Part shown: positions 28,493 to 40,131 of the stretch, in pieces
Position numbering within the stretch: the first letter of the stretch is position 1
How the letters are laid out: every line of letters starts with the position of its first letter
DNA from: Patescibacteria group bacterium
GTDB taxonomy: Bacteria; Acidobacteriota; Polarisedimenticolia; JACPZX01; DASXTC01
Length of the DNA: 64,000 nucleotides
Direction: 5' to 3'
NCBI GenBank assembly: GCA_035646975.1
Contig: DASROJ010000117.1
Location: forward strand, 389-64,388
The notes under the pieces: generated by a model
Database searches by the model: none
What the model saw: the letters and a program-made list of their open reading frames with translations, nothing else
What the model was told of the DNA's origin: nothing
Made by a program: the position numbers and the translations under genes

Positions 28493-28738
28493 TCAGCGGC
28501 GCGCCCCGCCGGCTTTCGGCTCGGTGAATCCCCTGGCGATTTCGGCCATTCGATCCTTCAGGGCGAGCTTTTGTTTCTTGAGTGTCGTGGCCTCCAGCTT
28601 TTCCTGCTCGCTGAGAAAGTACTTCTCATTGAGCCGGCCGAGATGATCCTCGAAGTCCCGGTGCTTCTCGAGGAGCTGCCGATACTCATCGCTCTGTTGG
28701 ACGAGTTGCTCGGTGAACGGATCCTGGGAGATGGACAT
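28493..28738 (-). CDS. DUF465 (YdcH-like) small protein
   Basis: Translation MSISQDPFTEQLVQQSDEYRQLLEKHRDFEDHLGRLNEKYFLSEQEKLEATTLKKQKLALKDRMAEI. The ORF track extends it to 28804. Confidence 0.5.
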   Translation of the reverse strand: MSISQDPFTEQLVQQSDEYRQLLEKHRDFEDHLGRLNEKYFLSEQEKLEATTLKKQKLALKDRMAEIARGFTEPKAGGARR

Positions 28739-28816
28739 AGGGGCTCTCTCCATCACATCCGGTTGCTGCGGGGAGGTTTGCCGCCGGTGGGCACGCAAAA
28801 TCATGTTGAAATCATA

Positions 28817-29272
28817 TCACCCCGTTTCGGGCGCTTTCAAGACAGCCCGCATCACCAATGCATCCTCTCCCGTGTCGCCGTAATACCCTTTTCTTCGCCG
28901 CACGATGCTGAAGCCGTGGCTTTCATACAGCCGGATCGCGGAATCGTTGGACGGCCGCACCTCGAGGTAGGCCATCCGGCATCCCTCTTCCACTCCGTGA
29001 GCGAGCGAATGCTCGAGCAGCAGGGTGCCCAGGCCCCTGCGTCGCCTGCCGGGATCCACGGCGAGGTTGTTGATCAGCAGCTCCTCGCCCAGGATCCAGT
29101 AACAGATGTAGGCCGACGCGCGGGGAGCGCCGCCTTCCCACGGCTCCCGAATCACCATACAGCGGGCGTAGGGGTTGGAGCGTATCTCTTCGAGAAACGC
29201 CCCGCGTGGCCACGGGCTGGAAAACGACGCCTTCTCGATGGCCAGCACCTGCGGGACATCCCGCTCGCGCAT
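28817..29272 (-). CDS. rimI: ribosomal-protein-alanine N-acetyltransferase
   Basis: GNAT motifs LAVDPGRRRRGLGTLLLEHSL. 151 aa. Confidence 0.8.
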   Translation of the reverse strand: MRERDVPQVLAIEKASFSSPWPRGAFLEEIRSNPYARCMVIREPWEGGAPRASAYICYWILGEELLINNLAVDPGRRRRGLGTLLLEHSLAHGVEEGCRMAYLEVRPSNDSAIRLYESHGFSIVRRRKGYYGDTGEDALVMRAVLKAPETG

Positions 29273-30024
29273 TCGATCGATTGGGTGCTCTGAGCCGGGA
29301 ACCCGCGCGCCGCTCGTGCCGAACTATCTTCGTCTCTCCGACGCGGAGATACCGCGGAAGGGTTGATCTGCATGCAGAGCGGCGGCAGTGCGCCCAGGCC
29401 CTGCGACGAGGCGAGCCTGATCGCCCGTCGCGCCAGCGTGGAGCCGATGAACGGAGTGTTTCCGACCCAGAGCGTGGAGACTTCGAGACAGGATCGGAGA
29501 CGCTCACGATAGGTCACGACACCGCTGCCGCACAGGATGCAGCCTTCCGGAAGACCTGCCGCCGCATCCTCGGGCGTCAGCGCCGATTCGGGGACCCTCG
29601 GCATGACGCGGTCGTCAACGCAGTCGAACAACCCGCGGTACACCTCGCCTCTGCCCGCATCGAGCATCACGCAGATCGGGGCCGGCCGACCCGGCCCGGA
29701 GGGGATCCCCGAGGCCACCGCCAGCGCCAAGGTCTCCAGCGTCGAGAAGCCAGCCAATGGTCTGCCCACCCCGAGGGCCAGCCCTTTTGCCGTGGCCATC
29801 CCGATGCGCAGGCCAGTGAAGGAGCCCGGCCCGGCCGCCACGGCGAAGACGTCGACCTGCTCTGAATGAACGCCCGCGGTGGCCAGCAATGCGTGAATGG
29901 CGGGAACCAGCCGCTCGGAGTGCGTGTTACCGGCCCGAAGATTCAGCTCGGCAAGCAGCCGGTTGTGGTCCGCGAGGCCGACGCTGGCGGCGTCCGACGA
30001 TGTGTCGATCCCCAGCGCGAGCAT
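29152..30024 (-). CDS. tsaB: tRNA threonylcarbamoyladenosine biosynthesis protein TsaB, with a long Arg-rich C-terminal extension overlapping rimI
   Basis: Translation MLALGIDTSSDAASVGLADHNRLLAELNLRAGNTHSERLVPAIHALL. 290 aa against a typical ~230 aa. The last ~60 aa are low-complexity. Confidence 0.75.
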   Translation of the reverse strand: MLALGIDTSSDAASVGLADHNRLLAELNLRAGNTHSERLVPAIHALLATAGVHSEQVDVFAVAAGPGSFTGLRIGMATAKGLALGVGRPLAGFSTLETLALAVASGIPSGPGRPAPICVMLDAGRGEVYRGLFDCVDDRVMPRVPESALTPEDAAAGLPEGCILCGSGVVTYRERLRSCLEVSTLWVGNTPFIGSTLARRAIRLASSQGLGALPPLCMQINPSAVSPRRRDEDSSARAARGFPAQSTQSIECASGMSRRCWPSRRRRFPARGHAGRFSKRYAPTPTPAVW

Positions 30025-30061
30025 TCATTGGCTCCATTTTCCCGGTGGAGGGCGCAGGCCT

Positions 30062-31261
30062 TCAGGCGGTGGAAGGGGCGCTTTCCTGGAGGAATCGGGT
30101 AAGACTCTCCGGCCGGCTCCTTCGCCCGAACCTGAACCTCAGGGCGGCGTCGTACAGCTTTTTCCTGCGGCCATTGGATCGTTCTTCGAGTCGAATCACT
30201 TCGGCGAGCAGCTCGAGTTGTTCCTCACCGTTCACCGCGAGCCGCATCTCCAGGCTCTGCCCGACCTCGAGCTTCCTCGTCGTCTGCAGGAGGATGCCGC
30301 CTTCGCTGATGTTCAATCCCTTGCAGATCTCCGCGCCGACGGAGGGCTGGTCCTTCAGATATACCTGGATGGCGGGCGACGCGATCGGCACCCGGCTCGC
30401 CCGACGCTTCTCCTGGTAGTAGATCGAGACCAGGTTCCGGCCCGCGCGCTTGGCGCGGTAGAGCGCCTCGTCAGCGCGCGCGAGCAGCGTCTCGGGCGTC
30501 TCGGCGTCCTCGGGGTGCGAGGCGATGCCACCGCTGAGGGTCACGTGCATGTCATGCGCACCGGCCCCCTTTCGCTTGAAAAAACGCTCCACCTCGCTGC
30601 GGATTCTCTCGGCCACGACGAACGCGCTCGTCCGGCGCGTTTCGGGCACGATGATAGCGAACTCTTCGCCTCCGTAGCGCGCCGCGACATCGATGTCACG
30701 CACGCGCTGTACGAGGAGTCTGCCGACATCCCTGAGCACCGCGTCGCCGGCCTGGTGACCATGCGCATCGTTGACCTGCTTGAACTCATCGAGGTCCAGC
30801 ATGATCAACGAAACAGTCTGCCCGTAACGGCGGCAACGGTTGATTTCCTTCTTCAGACAGCTGTCGAAATGCGCCCTGTTGAACAGACCGGTCAGGTGAT
30901 CCGTGATAGCCGACTTCTCGGTCTTCTCGAAATCGTTCACCTCGATGATCTTCGGGTTGCTCAGACGGCGGTCCACGTTCATCAGGTAGTCGAACAGAGC
31001 CACACGCGGCCCCACGTCGCGGCCCAGCCGGCGCTCCAGCGTCGCCCGATGGACCTGGAAACCGGACCAGACCTGCCTGGCCTCTTCGTTGGGATAGGAA
31101 AGATGGGTCAGCAGTTTCAGCAACTCGGCATGGACCGGTCTTCCGACATGGGCTGCCTCGGCGTCCAGCCGCTGGAGCATCGTCTCCCCTTTCGGAAGTC
31201 TTTGATCCAAAAGGCGTAACAACCGATCGGCCGCCTTGCCCTGTGCTTTGGTGGGAGCCAT
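30062..31261 (-). CDS. diguanylate cyclase (GGDEF) fused to a C-terminal PilZ domain, with an N-terminal ~150-aa domain of unknown function
   Basis: GGDEF active site RYGGEEFAIIVP. PilZ motifs RRASRVP...NISEGGILLQT. ATG at 31261 checked. Confidence 0.75.
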   Translation of the reverse strand: MAPTKAQGKAADRLLRLLDQRLPKGETMLQRLDAEAAHVGRPVHAELLKLLTHLSYPNEEARQVWSGFQVHRATLERRLGRDVGPRVALFDYLMNVDRRLSNPKIIEVNDFEKTEKSAITDHLTGLFNRAHFDSCLKKEINRCRRYGQTVSLIMLDLDEFKQVNDAHGHQAGDAVLRDVGRLLVQRVRDIDVAARYGGEEFAIIVPETRRTSAFVVAERIRSEVERFFKRKGAGAHDMHVTLSGGIASHPEDAETPETLLARADEALYRAKRAGRNLVSIYYQEKRRASRVPIASPAIQVYLKDQPSVGAEICKGLNISEGGILLQTTRKLEVGQSLEMRLAVNGEEQLELLAEVIRLEERSNGRRKKLYDAALRFRFGRRSRPESLTRFLQESAPSTA

Positions 31262-31328
31262 CCGACCCTCCAGCCGGGCATTATACGAACGTTTCCTTCC
31301 GGGAATCAAAGAATCTGTCACCCAAGGA

Positions 31329-31355
31329 TGAAACCAGCGGCGACCTCGCAACGTT
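31329..31355 (+). promoter_or_regulatory. candidate ECF-type promoter TGAAACC-N17-CGTT
   Basis: AAC at 31332-31334 and CGT at 31352-31354 have 17-nt spacing, about 65 nt upstream of the ECF sigma ATG. Consistent with an autoregulated ECF promoter. Confidence 0.3.
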
Positions 31356-31418
31356 TAGATGCTGTCGCGTGTCTATATGCCGGCAAGCGATGGCCCGCGG
31401 ACGCGGGCAGGGGGGGCG

Positions 31419-32048
31419 ATGACGAAGCGTCAGGCAGTCGCACGCAGCCAGGCTCGGCAGGATGGCGCTGTTGGCAGATCGGCGGTCGCCGCACTTCCAG
31501 ACGAGCAGATCGTGGCGGAGGTCCTCAGTGGGCGGGGAGCCGAATTCGAGGTTCTGGTCCGGCGCCACCAGGGTCCCGTGTACAGCTTCCTGCTCAGGAT
31601 GCTGCACGACCCGGAAGAGGCGCTCGACATGACCCAGGAGGTCTTCCTGAAGGTGTTCTGCTCGCTCGAGAGATTCGATCCCCGGTTCCGGTTCACCACC
31701 TGGATGTACCGGATTGCTTCCAACGCGGCGATCGATCAGATCCGCAAGCGGCGTCCCGGCACGGTCACCTCTCTCGATGCACCGATCGCCGAGGATTCCG
31801 ACTTCGTGCGCGAGGTGGCGGGTCTCGGTCCCACACCCGACCAGATGCTCGAAGCACGCGAGACACAGGATCAGCTCGAGGGGGCGTTGAAGAGCCTGCC
31901 GCTGGAATACCGTCAGGTGCTGCTGCTGCGGCACCAGGGCGAGCGTCGTTATGACGAAATCGCGAAGATCACCGGGCTGCCAATCGGCACCGTGAAGAAC
32001 CGGATTTTCCGTGCGCGGGAAATGCTGCGAAAGGCGATTCCCTCATGA
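31419..32048 (+). CDS. RNA polymerase sigma-70 factor, ECF subfamily
   Basis: Region 2 FLKVFCSLERFDPRFRFTTWMYRIASNAAID. Region 4 YDEIAKITGLPIGTVKNRIFRAREMLR. ATG at 31419 checked. Confidence 0.85.
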   Translation: MTKRQAVARSQARQDGAVGRSAVAALPDEQIVAEVLSGRGAEFEVLVRRHQGPVYSFLLRMLHDPEEALDMTQEVFLKVFCSLERFDPRFRFTTWMYRIASNAAIDQIRKRRPGTVTSLDAPIAEDSDFVREVAGLGPTPDQMLEARETQDQLEGALKSLPLEYRQVLLLRHQGERRYDEIAKITGLPIGTVKNRIFRAREMLRKAIPS

Positions 32049-32677
32049 TGAGCTGCTCGGAGGTCAGGCCGATCCTTTCCTTCCTCCTGGAAAAGGAGAC
32101 GGGGCCGCTCGAAACGCTCGAGGCGCGGCGCCACCTCGAGGACTGCGACGCCTGCCACGCAAAGGCCGAGCGAATCTCCAGGGTGATGGCGGCCTGCGGC
32201 AAGTTGGCCGAGCAGGCACCGCCCATCGACCTCTCACATTCCGTGATGCAGAAGCTTCGAGCCGCAAAGAGCGCCTCGAGGCGCGCGCAGGCCAGCCCGT
32301 GGGCGCCGCCGGCCGCGAAATGGGGCGGGCTCGCCGTGCTGCTCGGCGCCGCGCTGGCGGCCATCACACGACCATTCGGCGGAGCGTTGCGGGAGCTGGG
32401 CGCTCCGCTCACGTTCATCGCCGGACTGCTCGCCGGCACCGATTCTGCGGATGGCGCGGCCGATGTCGCGGGGCGGGCGGTATCCGTGGCTCTTCGGTTC
32501 GTCGGGGTGGCACTGAAACCCGAGCTGACCTCCGGAGCCGGTATCGACCTGGTCGTCACCTTTCAACTGCTCGCCACCGCGCTTTCGATCGGCTTCCTGC
32601 TGGCCATCCCGGTCGCCATCCTGACCGCCTGGTTCCTGCATTCGAGCTCGACCCACCGCGATCTCCCCCGTCTCTAA
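32045..32677 (+). CDS. putative zf-HC2 anti-sigma factor (membrane-spanning)
   Basis: It overlaps the sigma gene by 4 nt. H-x3-C-x2-C motif in HLEDCDACH. Hydrophobic C-terminal half. Confidence 0.6.
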   Translation: MMSCSEVRPILSFLLEKETGPLETLEARRHLEDCDACHAKAERISRVMAACGKLAEQAPPIDLSHSVMQKLRAAKSASRRAQASPWAPPAAKWGGLAVLLGAALAAITRPFGGALRELGAPLTFIAGLLAGTDSADGAADVAGRAVSVALRFVGVALKPELTSGAGIDLVVTFQLLATALSIGFLLAIPVAILTAWFLHSSSTHRDLPRL

Positions 32678-32773
32678 GACCGCCGCAGCCGCCTGCCGAC
32701 AACCGAAACGCACCGGAAGATCGTAACTTTGACAACCCCGGATGCCTGGCCTATATTCCAAAGTAATTGGCGG

Positions 32774-32790
32774 GCTTCGCGCCGCGAAGC
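32774..32790. promoter_or_regulatory. 17-bp perfect palindrome GCTTCGC-GCC-GCGAAGC upstream of prkA
   Basis: Read directly. 58 bp upstream of the prkA ATG. Confidence 0.35.
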
Positions 32791-32847
32791 ATTGCCGATT
32801 CAAAGACTTCGCAGCATCAGTGGGCGCGAGGGACGGGAGGGTCGCCG

Positions 32848-34914
32848 ATGTCTTCGGGATCAGAAATCATCTCGCTTGTTGGCCAGATGCAGGACCTGAA
32901 GTCATTCAGGGAGCAGCATTGGGAAGGGTCCTTCGAGGAATACATCGATATCGTCCGCCAGCACCCGGAGGTCACCCGAACCGCCTTTTCGCGCGTGTAC
33001 GACATGATTCTCTCGAAAGGCTGGTACGAGTACTACGACCACAAGAAGAGGATCATTCACTACAACTTCTTCGATGATGTCGACGGCGACGGCCGCGACG
33101 CGATCTACGGCCTCGACATCCCGATCATGAAGCTCGTCAACGCCTTCAAGTCGGCGGCCCAGCGCTACGGAACCGAAAAGCGCGTGCTGCTGCTCCACGG
33201 GCCGGTCGGCAGCTCCAAGTCGACCATCGTGCGACTTCTCAAGAAAGGGCTCGAGAGCTACTCGCGAACGCAGGAAGGCGCGCTGTACACCTTCGCCTGG
33301 GTCATGGGGGCCGAGTACCAGGGCCGCCGCACGGCGAAGGCCGAGGACGAGGCCAGCTGCCCGATGCACGAAGAGGCGCTTCATCTCGTGCCGGAGGATC
33401 TGCGCCCGAAGGTGCTCGATGTCATCAACAAGGGCAAACCCGAGAACAAGAAGGTCACCATCGAGGGGGATCTCTGCCCCGCCTGCCGTCAGTATTTCCG
33501 CGAGCTGAACGTCAGGTATCGCGGGGACTGGACGAAGATCGTCTCGCACGTGAAAGTGTTTCGCGCGATCCTTTCCGAGAAGGATCGCGTGGGAGTCGGC
33601 ACCTTTCAGCCCAAGGACGAGAAGAACCAGGACTCCACGGAGCTGACCGGCGACATCAACTACAGGAAGATCGCGGAGTTCGGTTCCGATTCGGACCCGC
33701 GCGCCTTCAATTTCGACGGTGAATTCAACATCGCGAACCGCGGGCTGATCGAGTTCATCGAAGTCCTCAAACTCGATGTCGCGTTTCTCTACGATCTGCT
33801 GGGCGCGTCCCAGGAGCACAAGATCAAGCCCAAGAAATTCGCCCAGACGGACATCGACGAGGTCATCATCGGTCACACGAACGAGCCCGAGTACCGCAAG
33901 CTGCAGAACAACGAGTTCATGGAGGCGCTGCGCGATCGCACGGTGAAGATCGACATCCCGTACATCACGCGACTCTCGGAAGAGATCAAGATCTACGAGA
34001 AGGACTACAACCCAAAGAAGATCAGGGGAAAGCACATCGCGCCCCACACGCTCGAGATGGCCGCGATGTGGGCCGTTCTCACCCGGATCGAGGAGCCGAA
34101 GAAGGCGGACCTGTCGCTGCTGCAGAAGCTGAAGCTCTACAACGGAAAGACGCTGCCGGGATTCACCGAAGACAACGTCAAGGAGCTTCGCAAGGAGACG
34201 CAGCGCGAAGGGATGGACGGCATCTCTCCGCGTTACATCCAGGACAAGATCTCCAACGCCCTGGTCTCCGACGCGGGCGAGGGCTGCATCAACCCATTCA
34301 TGGTCCTCAACGAGCTCGACAGCGGGTTGCGCCACCACTCCCTGATCAACAACGAGGAGCAGCGCAAGCGGTACCGGGATCAGCTCGCCACCGTGAAACA
34401 GGAGTACGAGGACATCGCCAAGAACGAGGTCCAGCGGGCGATCTCAGCGGACGAAGAGGCCATCTCGCGGCTGTGCGCCAACTACGTGGACAACATCAAG
34501 GCCTACACCCAGAAGGAAAAGGTGCGCAACAAGTACACCGGCCAGATGGAAGACCCCGACGAGCGCCTGATGAGATCCATCGAAGAGAAGATCGACATCC
34601 CGGAGAACAGGAAGGACGACTTCCGGCGGGAGATCATGAACTACATCGGGGCGCTGGCGGTGGAAGGCAAGACCTTCAACTATCGCACCAACGAGCGGCT
34701 GCACAAGGCCCTCGAGCTGAAGCTCTTCGAGGATCAGAAGGATTCGATCAAACTGACGTCCCTGGTCTCCAGCGTCGTGGACAAGGACACGCAGGAGAAG
34801 ATCGACGTCGTGAAGAGCCGGCTGGTCAAGGACTACGCCTATTGCGATGTGTGCGCCACGGACGTGCTCAACTACGTCGCGAGCATCTTCGCTCGCGGCG
34901 ACGCCAAGAGATAA
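32848..34914 (+). CDS. prkA: PrkA family serine protein kinase (YeaG-like, AAA+ N-terminal domain)
   Basis: ATG at 32848 with GGGAGG 8 nt upstream. Translation [22 protein letters not shown]...[16 protein letters not shown]...CPACRQ. Confidence 0.85.
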   Translation: MSSGSEIISLVGQMQDLKSFREQHWEGSFEEYIDIVRQHPEVTRTAFSRVYDMILSKGWYEYYDHKKRIIHYNFFDDVDGDGRDAIYGLDIPIMKLVNAFKSAAQRYGTEKRVLLLHGPVGSSKSTIVRLLKKGLESYSRTQEGALYTFAWVMGAEYQGRRTAKAEDEASCPMHEEALHLVPEDLRPKVLDVINKGKPENKKVTIEGDLCPACRQYFRELNVRYRGDWTKIVSHVKVFRAILSEKDRVGVGTFQPKDEKNQDSTELTGDINYRKIAEFGSDSDPRAFNFDGEFNIANRGLIEFIEVLKLDVAFLYDLLGASQEHKIKPKKFAQTDIDEVIIGHTNEPEYRKLQNNEFMEALRDRTVKIDIPYITRLSEEIKIYEKDYNPKKIRGKHIAPHTLEMAAMWAVLTRIEEPKKADLSLLQKLKLYNGKTLPGFTEDNVKELRKETQREGMDGISPRYIQDKISNALVSDAGEGCINPFMVLNELDSGLRHHSLINNEEQRKRYRDQLATVKQEYEDIAKNEVQRAISADEEAISRLCANYVDNIKAYTQKEKVRNKYTGQMEDPDERLMRSIEEKIDIPENRKDDFRREIMNYIGALAVEGKTFNYRTNERLHKALELKLFEDQKDSIKLTSLVSSVVDKDTQEKIDVVKSRLVKDYAYCDVCATDVLNYVASIFARGDAKR

Positions 34915-34962
34915 CCTCACTCAAGCGGGCCGGCGCACACGGCGCGGCTGCGGGGAGCCCAC

Positions 34963-37559
<2,597 letters not shown>

Positions 37560-37674
37560 CCGCCATCGGTTGACACCCTTCAGGTCCCGATCCGATACTG
37601 CCCCCTTCGACCGGAACTCCATCGACGATCCTCAGGAATACCGCGCATCGCACGATCTGTTGAGAGCGGGGACG

Positions 37675-39039
37675 ATGAGCACCCTATTCGGAGCAAACGA
37701 CGCGGGCCGGGGCGACACCCCGCTTCGGGATCGCGGACAGCTCTGCGAGATATTCCGCTCCGGCGAAAAACCTTCCTCCCGGTTCGGCATCGGGATCGAG
37801 TACGAAAGGCTGCCGGTCTCCCGTCAGACCGGACTCGCGGTGCCGTATGCCGCCCCATCCGGGCGGCCCTCGGTCGAATCCTTTCTCGAAACGCTGGCCT
37901 CCACGCGGGGCTGGAGCGCCGAGCGGGAGAACGGCCGCATCATCGCGCTGGAGCGCGCCGGCACCCGCGTCACCCTCGAGCCGGGCGCCCAGGTCGAGCT
38001 GTCGGGCCGCGTTCAGAAGAGCCTCGATGACGCCCGCCTGGAATTGACGCAGTTCGTGCGGGAAGCCGACGAGGTGGCCGCCGGCCAAGGCATCGCCCTG
38101 CTCGGTCTCGGCTATCACCCTTTCTCCGACTTCACCGAGATCGGCTGGGTCCCGAAGAGCCGTTACAAGATCATGGGTCCCTATCTGGCCACCCGCGGGC
38201 ACCTCGCGCACGGCATGATGAAAGCCACCGCTGGCTGCCAGATCAATCTCGACTATTCCTCGGAAGCCGATGCGATGGAGAAGCTTCGCATGGCGATGGG
38301 CGTGTCGTCCGTCGTCACGGCGCTCTGCGCGAACTCGCCGTTGGCCCGGGGACAGGCCAACGGATTCGCCAGCAAGCGCTCCCACATCTGGCTTCACACC
38401 GATCCGGATCGCTGCGGTCTGCTCCCCTTCGCCTTTCGCGACGGGCTCCGCTATGACGACTACGTCGACTACGCGCTCGACGTTCCGATGATGTTCGTGG
38501 TGCGGGAGTCCCGATGGCTCGACATGACGGGGCGCACCTTCAGGGGTTACCTGGATGGCGACAACGCGGGCCTGTCACCCACGATGGCTGACTGGGAGCT
38601 TCACATCACGACGCTGTTTCCCGAAGTCAGGCTGAAGGCCTACCTCGAGGTGCGTGGCTCGGACAGCGCCGGACCCGGGCTGGTGCTGGCCCAGGCCGCT
38701 TTGTGGAAGGGACTGTTCTACGATCAGCAGGCAGCTCGTGGCGCATGGAGCCTGGTGGAGCGGGCCACCATGGAGGAGCGACTCGCCTTTCATCGGGACG
38801 CGACCCGTAACGGGCTGCGCGCGAGGCTGCGCGGGATCGAGGCGACCGACCTGGCGCAGGAGCTGATCGTGCTTGCGGAGCGCGGGCTCGGCCCTTCGGA
38901 ATCGGTCCACCTCCAGCCTCTGCGGCAGGCCGCTTTCACCGAGCGCGCGGCGCCCGCCGACGCATTGATGGCGCGATGGTCCTCGGAATGGCGACGAGAC
39001 CCGCGTCGTCTCGTCGAGGCGCTGGCGCAGGGCGTCTGA
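37675..39039 (+). CDS. glutamate--cysteine ligase, GCS2 (plant/EgtA-type carboxylate-amine ligase) family
   Basis: ATG at 37675 checked. 454 aa. Translation FGIGIEYERLPV...MMKATAGCQINLDYSSEADAMEKLRMAMGVSSVVTALCANSPL...TLFPEVRLKAYLEVRGSD. Confidence 0.75.
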   Translation: MSTLFGANDAGRGDTPLRDRGQLCEIFRSGEKPSSRFGIGIEYERLPVSRQTGLAVPYAAPSGRPSVESFLETLASTRGWSAERENGRIIALERAGTRVTLEPGAQVELSGRVQKSLDDARLELTQFVREADEVAAGQGIALLGLGYHPFSDFTEIGWVPKSRYKIMGPYLATRGHLAHGMMKATAGCQINLDYSSEADAMEKLRMAMGVSSVVTALCANSPLARGQANGFASKRSHIWLHTDPDRCGLLPFAFRDGLRYDDYVDYALDVPMMFVVRESRWLDMTGRTFRGYLDGDNAGLSPTMADWELHITTLFPEVRLKAYLEVRGSDSAGPGLVLAQAALWKGLFYDQQAARGAWSLVERATMEERLAFHRDATRNGLRARLRGIEATDLAQELIVLAERGLGPSESVHLQPLRQAAFTERAAPADALMARWSSEWRRDPRRLVEALAQGV

Positions 39040-39089
39040 GCTCTACCGTCCTGGAATCCGATTGACCCACGCCGTCACGCCGGGTTAGC

Positions 39090-39725
39090 ATGTCGTCTCG
39101 GAGAAAAATCTTGAGCCAGACTGCCGATTCGCCCTCGGGCAATTATCGTGAAGTCCGCGCATTCCTGCGTGAGCTGGATGTCCTGATGACCGGCGACGGC
39201 AGGTGCGCCGAGACGGTGCTGGCCGTCAAGGAGCGGCTGGCCGCGCTCATCAAGCAGTGTCCCGCGCTGCCGGCGGAGGTCAAGGAAGTCTCCACCGACC
39301 ATTACGCCCGGCACCTCCTGTATCGGGACGCCGCCGAGCGGTACGAGGTGATCGTCATGGCCTGGTCGCCCGGGCAGGCCACTCCGATCCACGATCACTC
39401 CGGCATGTGGTGCGTCGAAGGGGTGATCGAGGGAGTCATCGACGTCACCCGGTACGACCTCACGCAGATGCTGGACAACCTTTCGGCGCGCATGCAGCGC
39501 ACCGAGACGATCCACGCCGGTCTGGGACAGTGCGGCGCCCTGATTCCACCGGTCGAGTACCACAGCATCTCCAACCCGTACGAGAAGCCTGCATTCACCC
39601 TCCATGTCTACGGCGGCAGGATGCGCTCATGTCGCGTCTTCATCGAGCGCGGCGACGGCACCTACGATGTCGACCAGAGGGAGCTGGGCACCAGCAGCCT
39701 GCGGCCGGCCCTGGCGGCGTCCTGA
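39090..39725 (+). CDS. cysteine dioxygenase type I family cupin (thiol dioxygenase-like)
   Basis: Cupin motif 1 TPIHDHSGMWCVEGVIEG. Cupin motif 2 PPVEYHSISNP, i.e. P-x4-H-x3-N. Confidence 0.7.
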   Translation: MSSRRKILSQTADSPSGNYREVRAFLRELDVLMTGDGRCAETVLAVKERLAALIKQCPALPAEVKEVSTDHYARHLLYRDAAERYEVIVMAWSPGQATPIHDHSGMWCVEGVIEGVIDVTRYDLTQMLDNLSARMQRTETIHAGLGQCGALIPPVEYHSISNPYEKPAFTLHVYGGRMRSCRVFIERGDGTYDVDQRELGTSSLRPALAAS

Positions 39726-39735
39726 TCCGTGCTGA

Positions 39736-40131
39736 TCAGGGGTCCGGGTCGTACGGCCCGGGGCCTGGACGGTTCCTGAAGTAATTGCGGGTCACGCGCA
39801 CGAGCACCAACAGGTAGATGAGTCCTATCCCCACCGAGCCGAGGATTCGCAGCGTGGGAGTCCCGGCGGGCCGGATGATGGCCACGGCCACGGCTGCGAC
39901 GATCGGAACGCCGAGCAGGGCCCACATCCCGATGAGCACGATGGGCTTGATCCGGGCGTTGGCCGCCTTGCGAAAGAGCCACCCTTCGGCATAGGTCGAC
40001 TTGAGAGGATCGAGTGTCGTGAACCGTCCTACGGGAGCCCCGCACCGGGCGCAGAAATCGGCGCCCGCCAGGTTGGCATCGCTGCAGTTCGGGCAGACGA
40101 TCTCGCCCGCCGGCTCGATCGCGTCTCGCAT
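39736..40131 (-). CDS. zinc-ribbon domain membrane protein
   Basis: Translation MRDAIEPAGEIVCPNCSDANLAGADFCARCGAP followed by two TM helices. ATG at 40131 (CAT 40129-40131). Confidence 0.45.
   Translation of the reverse strand: MRDAIEPAGEIVCPNCSDANLAGADFCARCGAPVGRFTTLDPLKSTYAEGWLFRKAANARIKPIVLIGMWALLGVPIVAAVAVAIIRPAGTPTLRILGSVGIGLIYLLVLVRVTRNYFRNRPGPGPYDPDP

Noticed and set aside
32767-32847. Upstream start for prkA as given in the ORF track
   Set aside because: The ATG at 32848 has a GGGAGG Shine-Dalgarno sequence 8 nt upstream, and the N-terminus [13 protein letters not shown] matches PrkA family starts.
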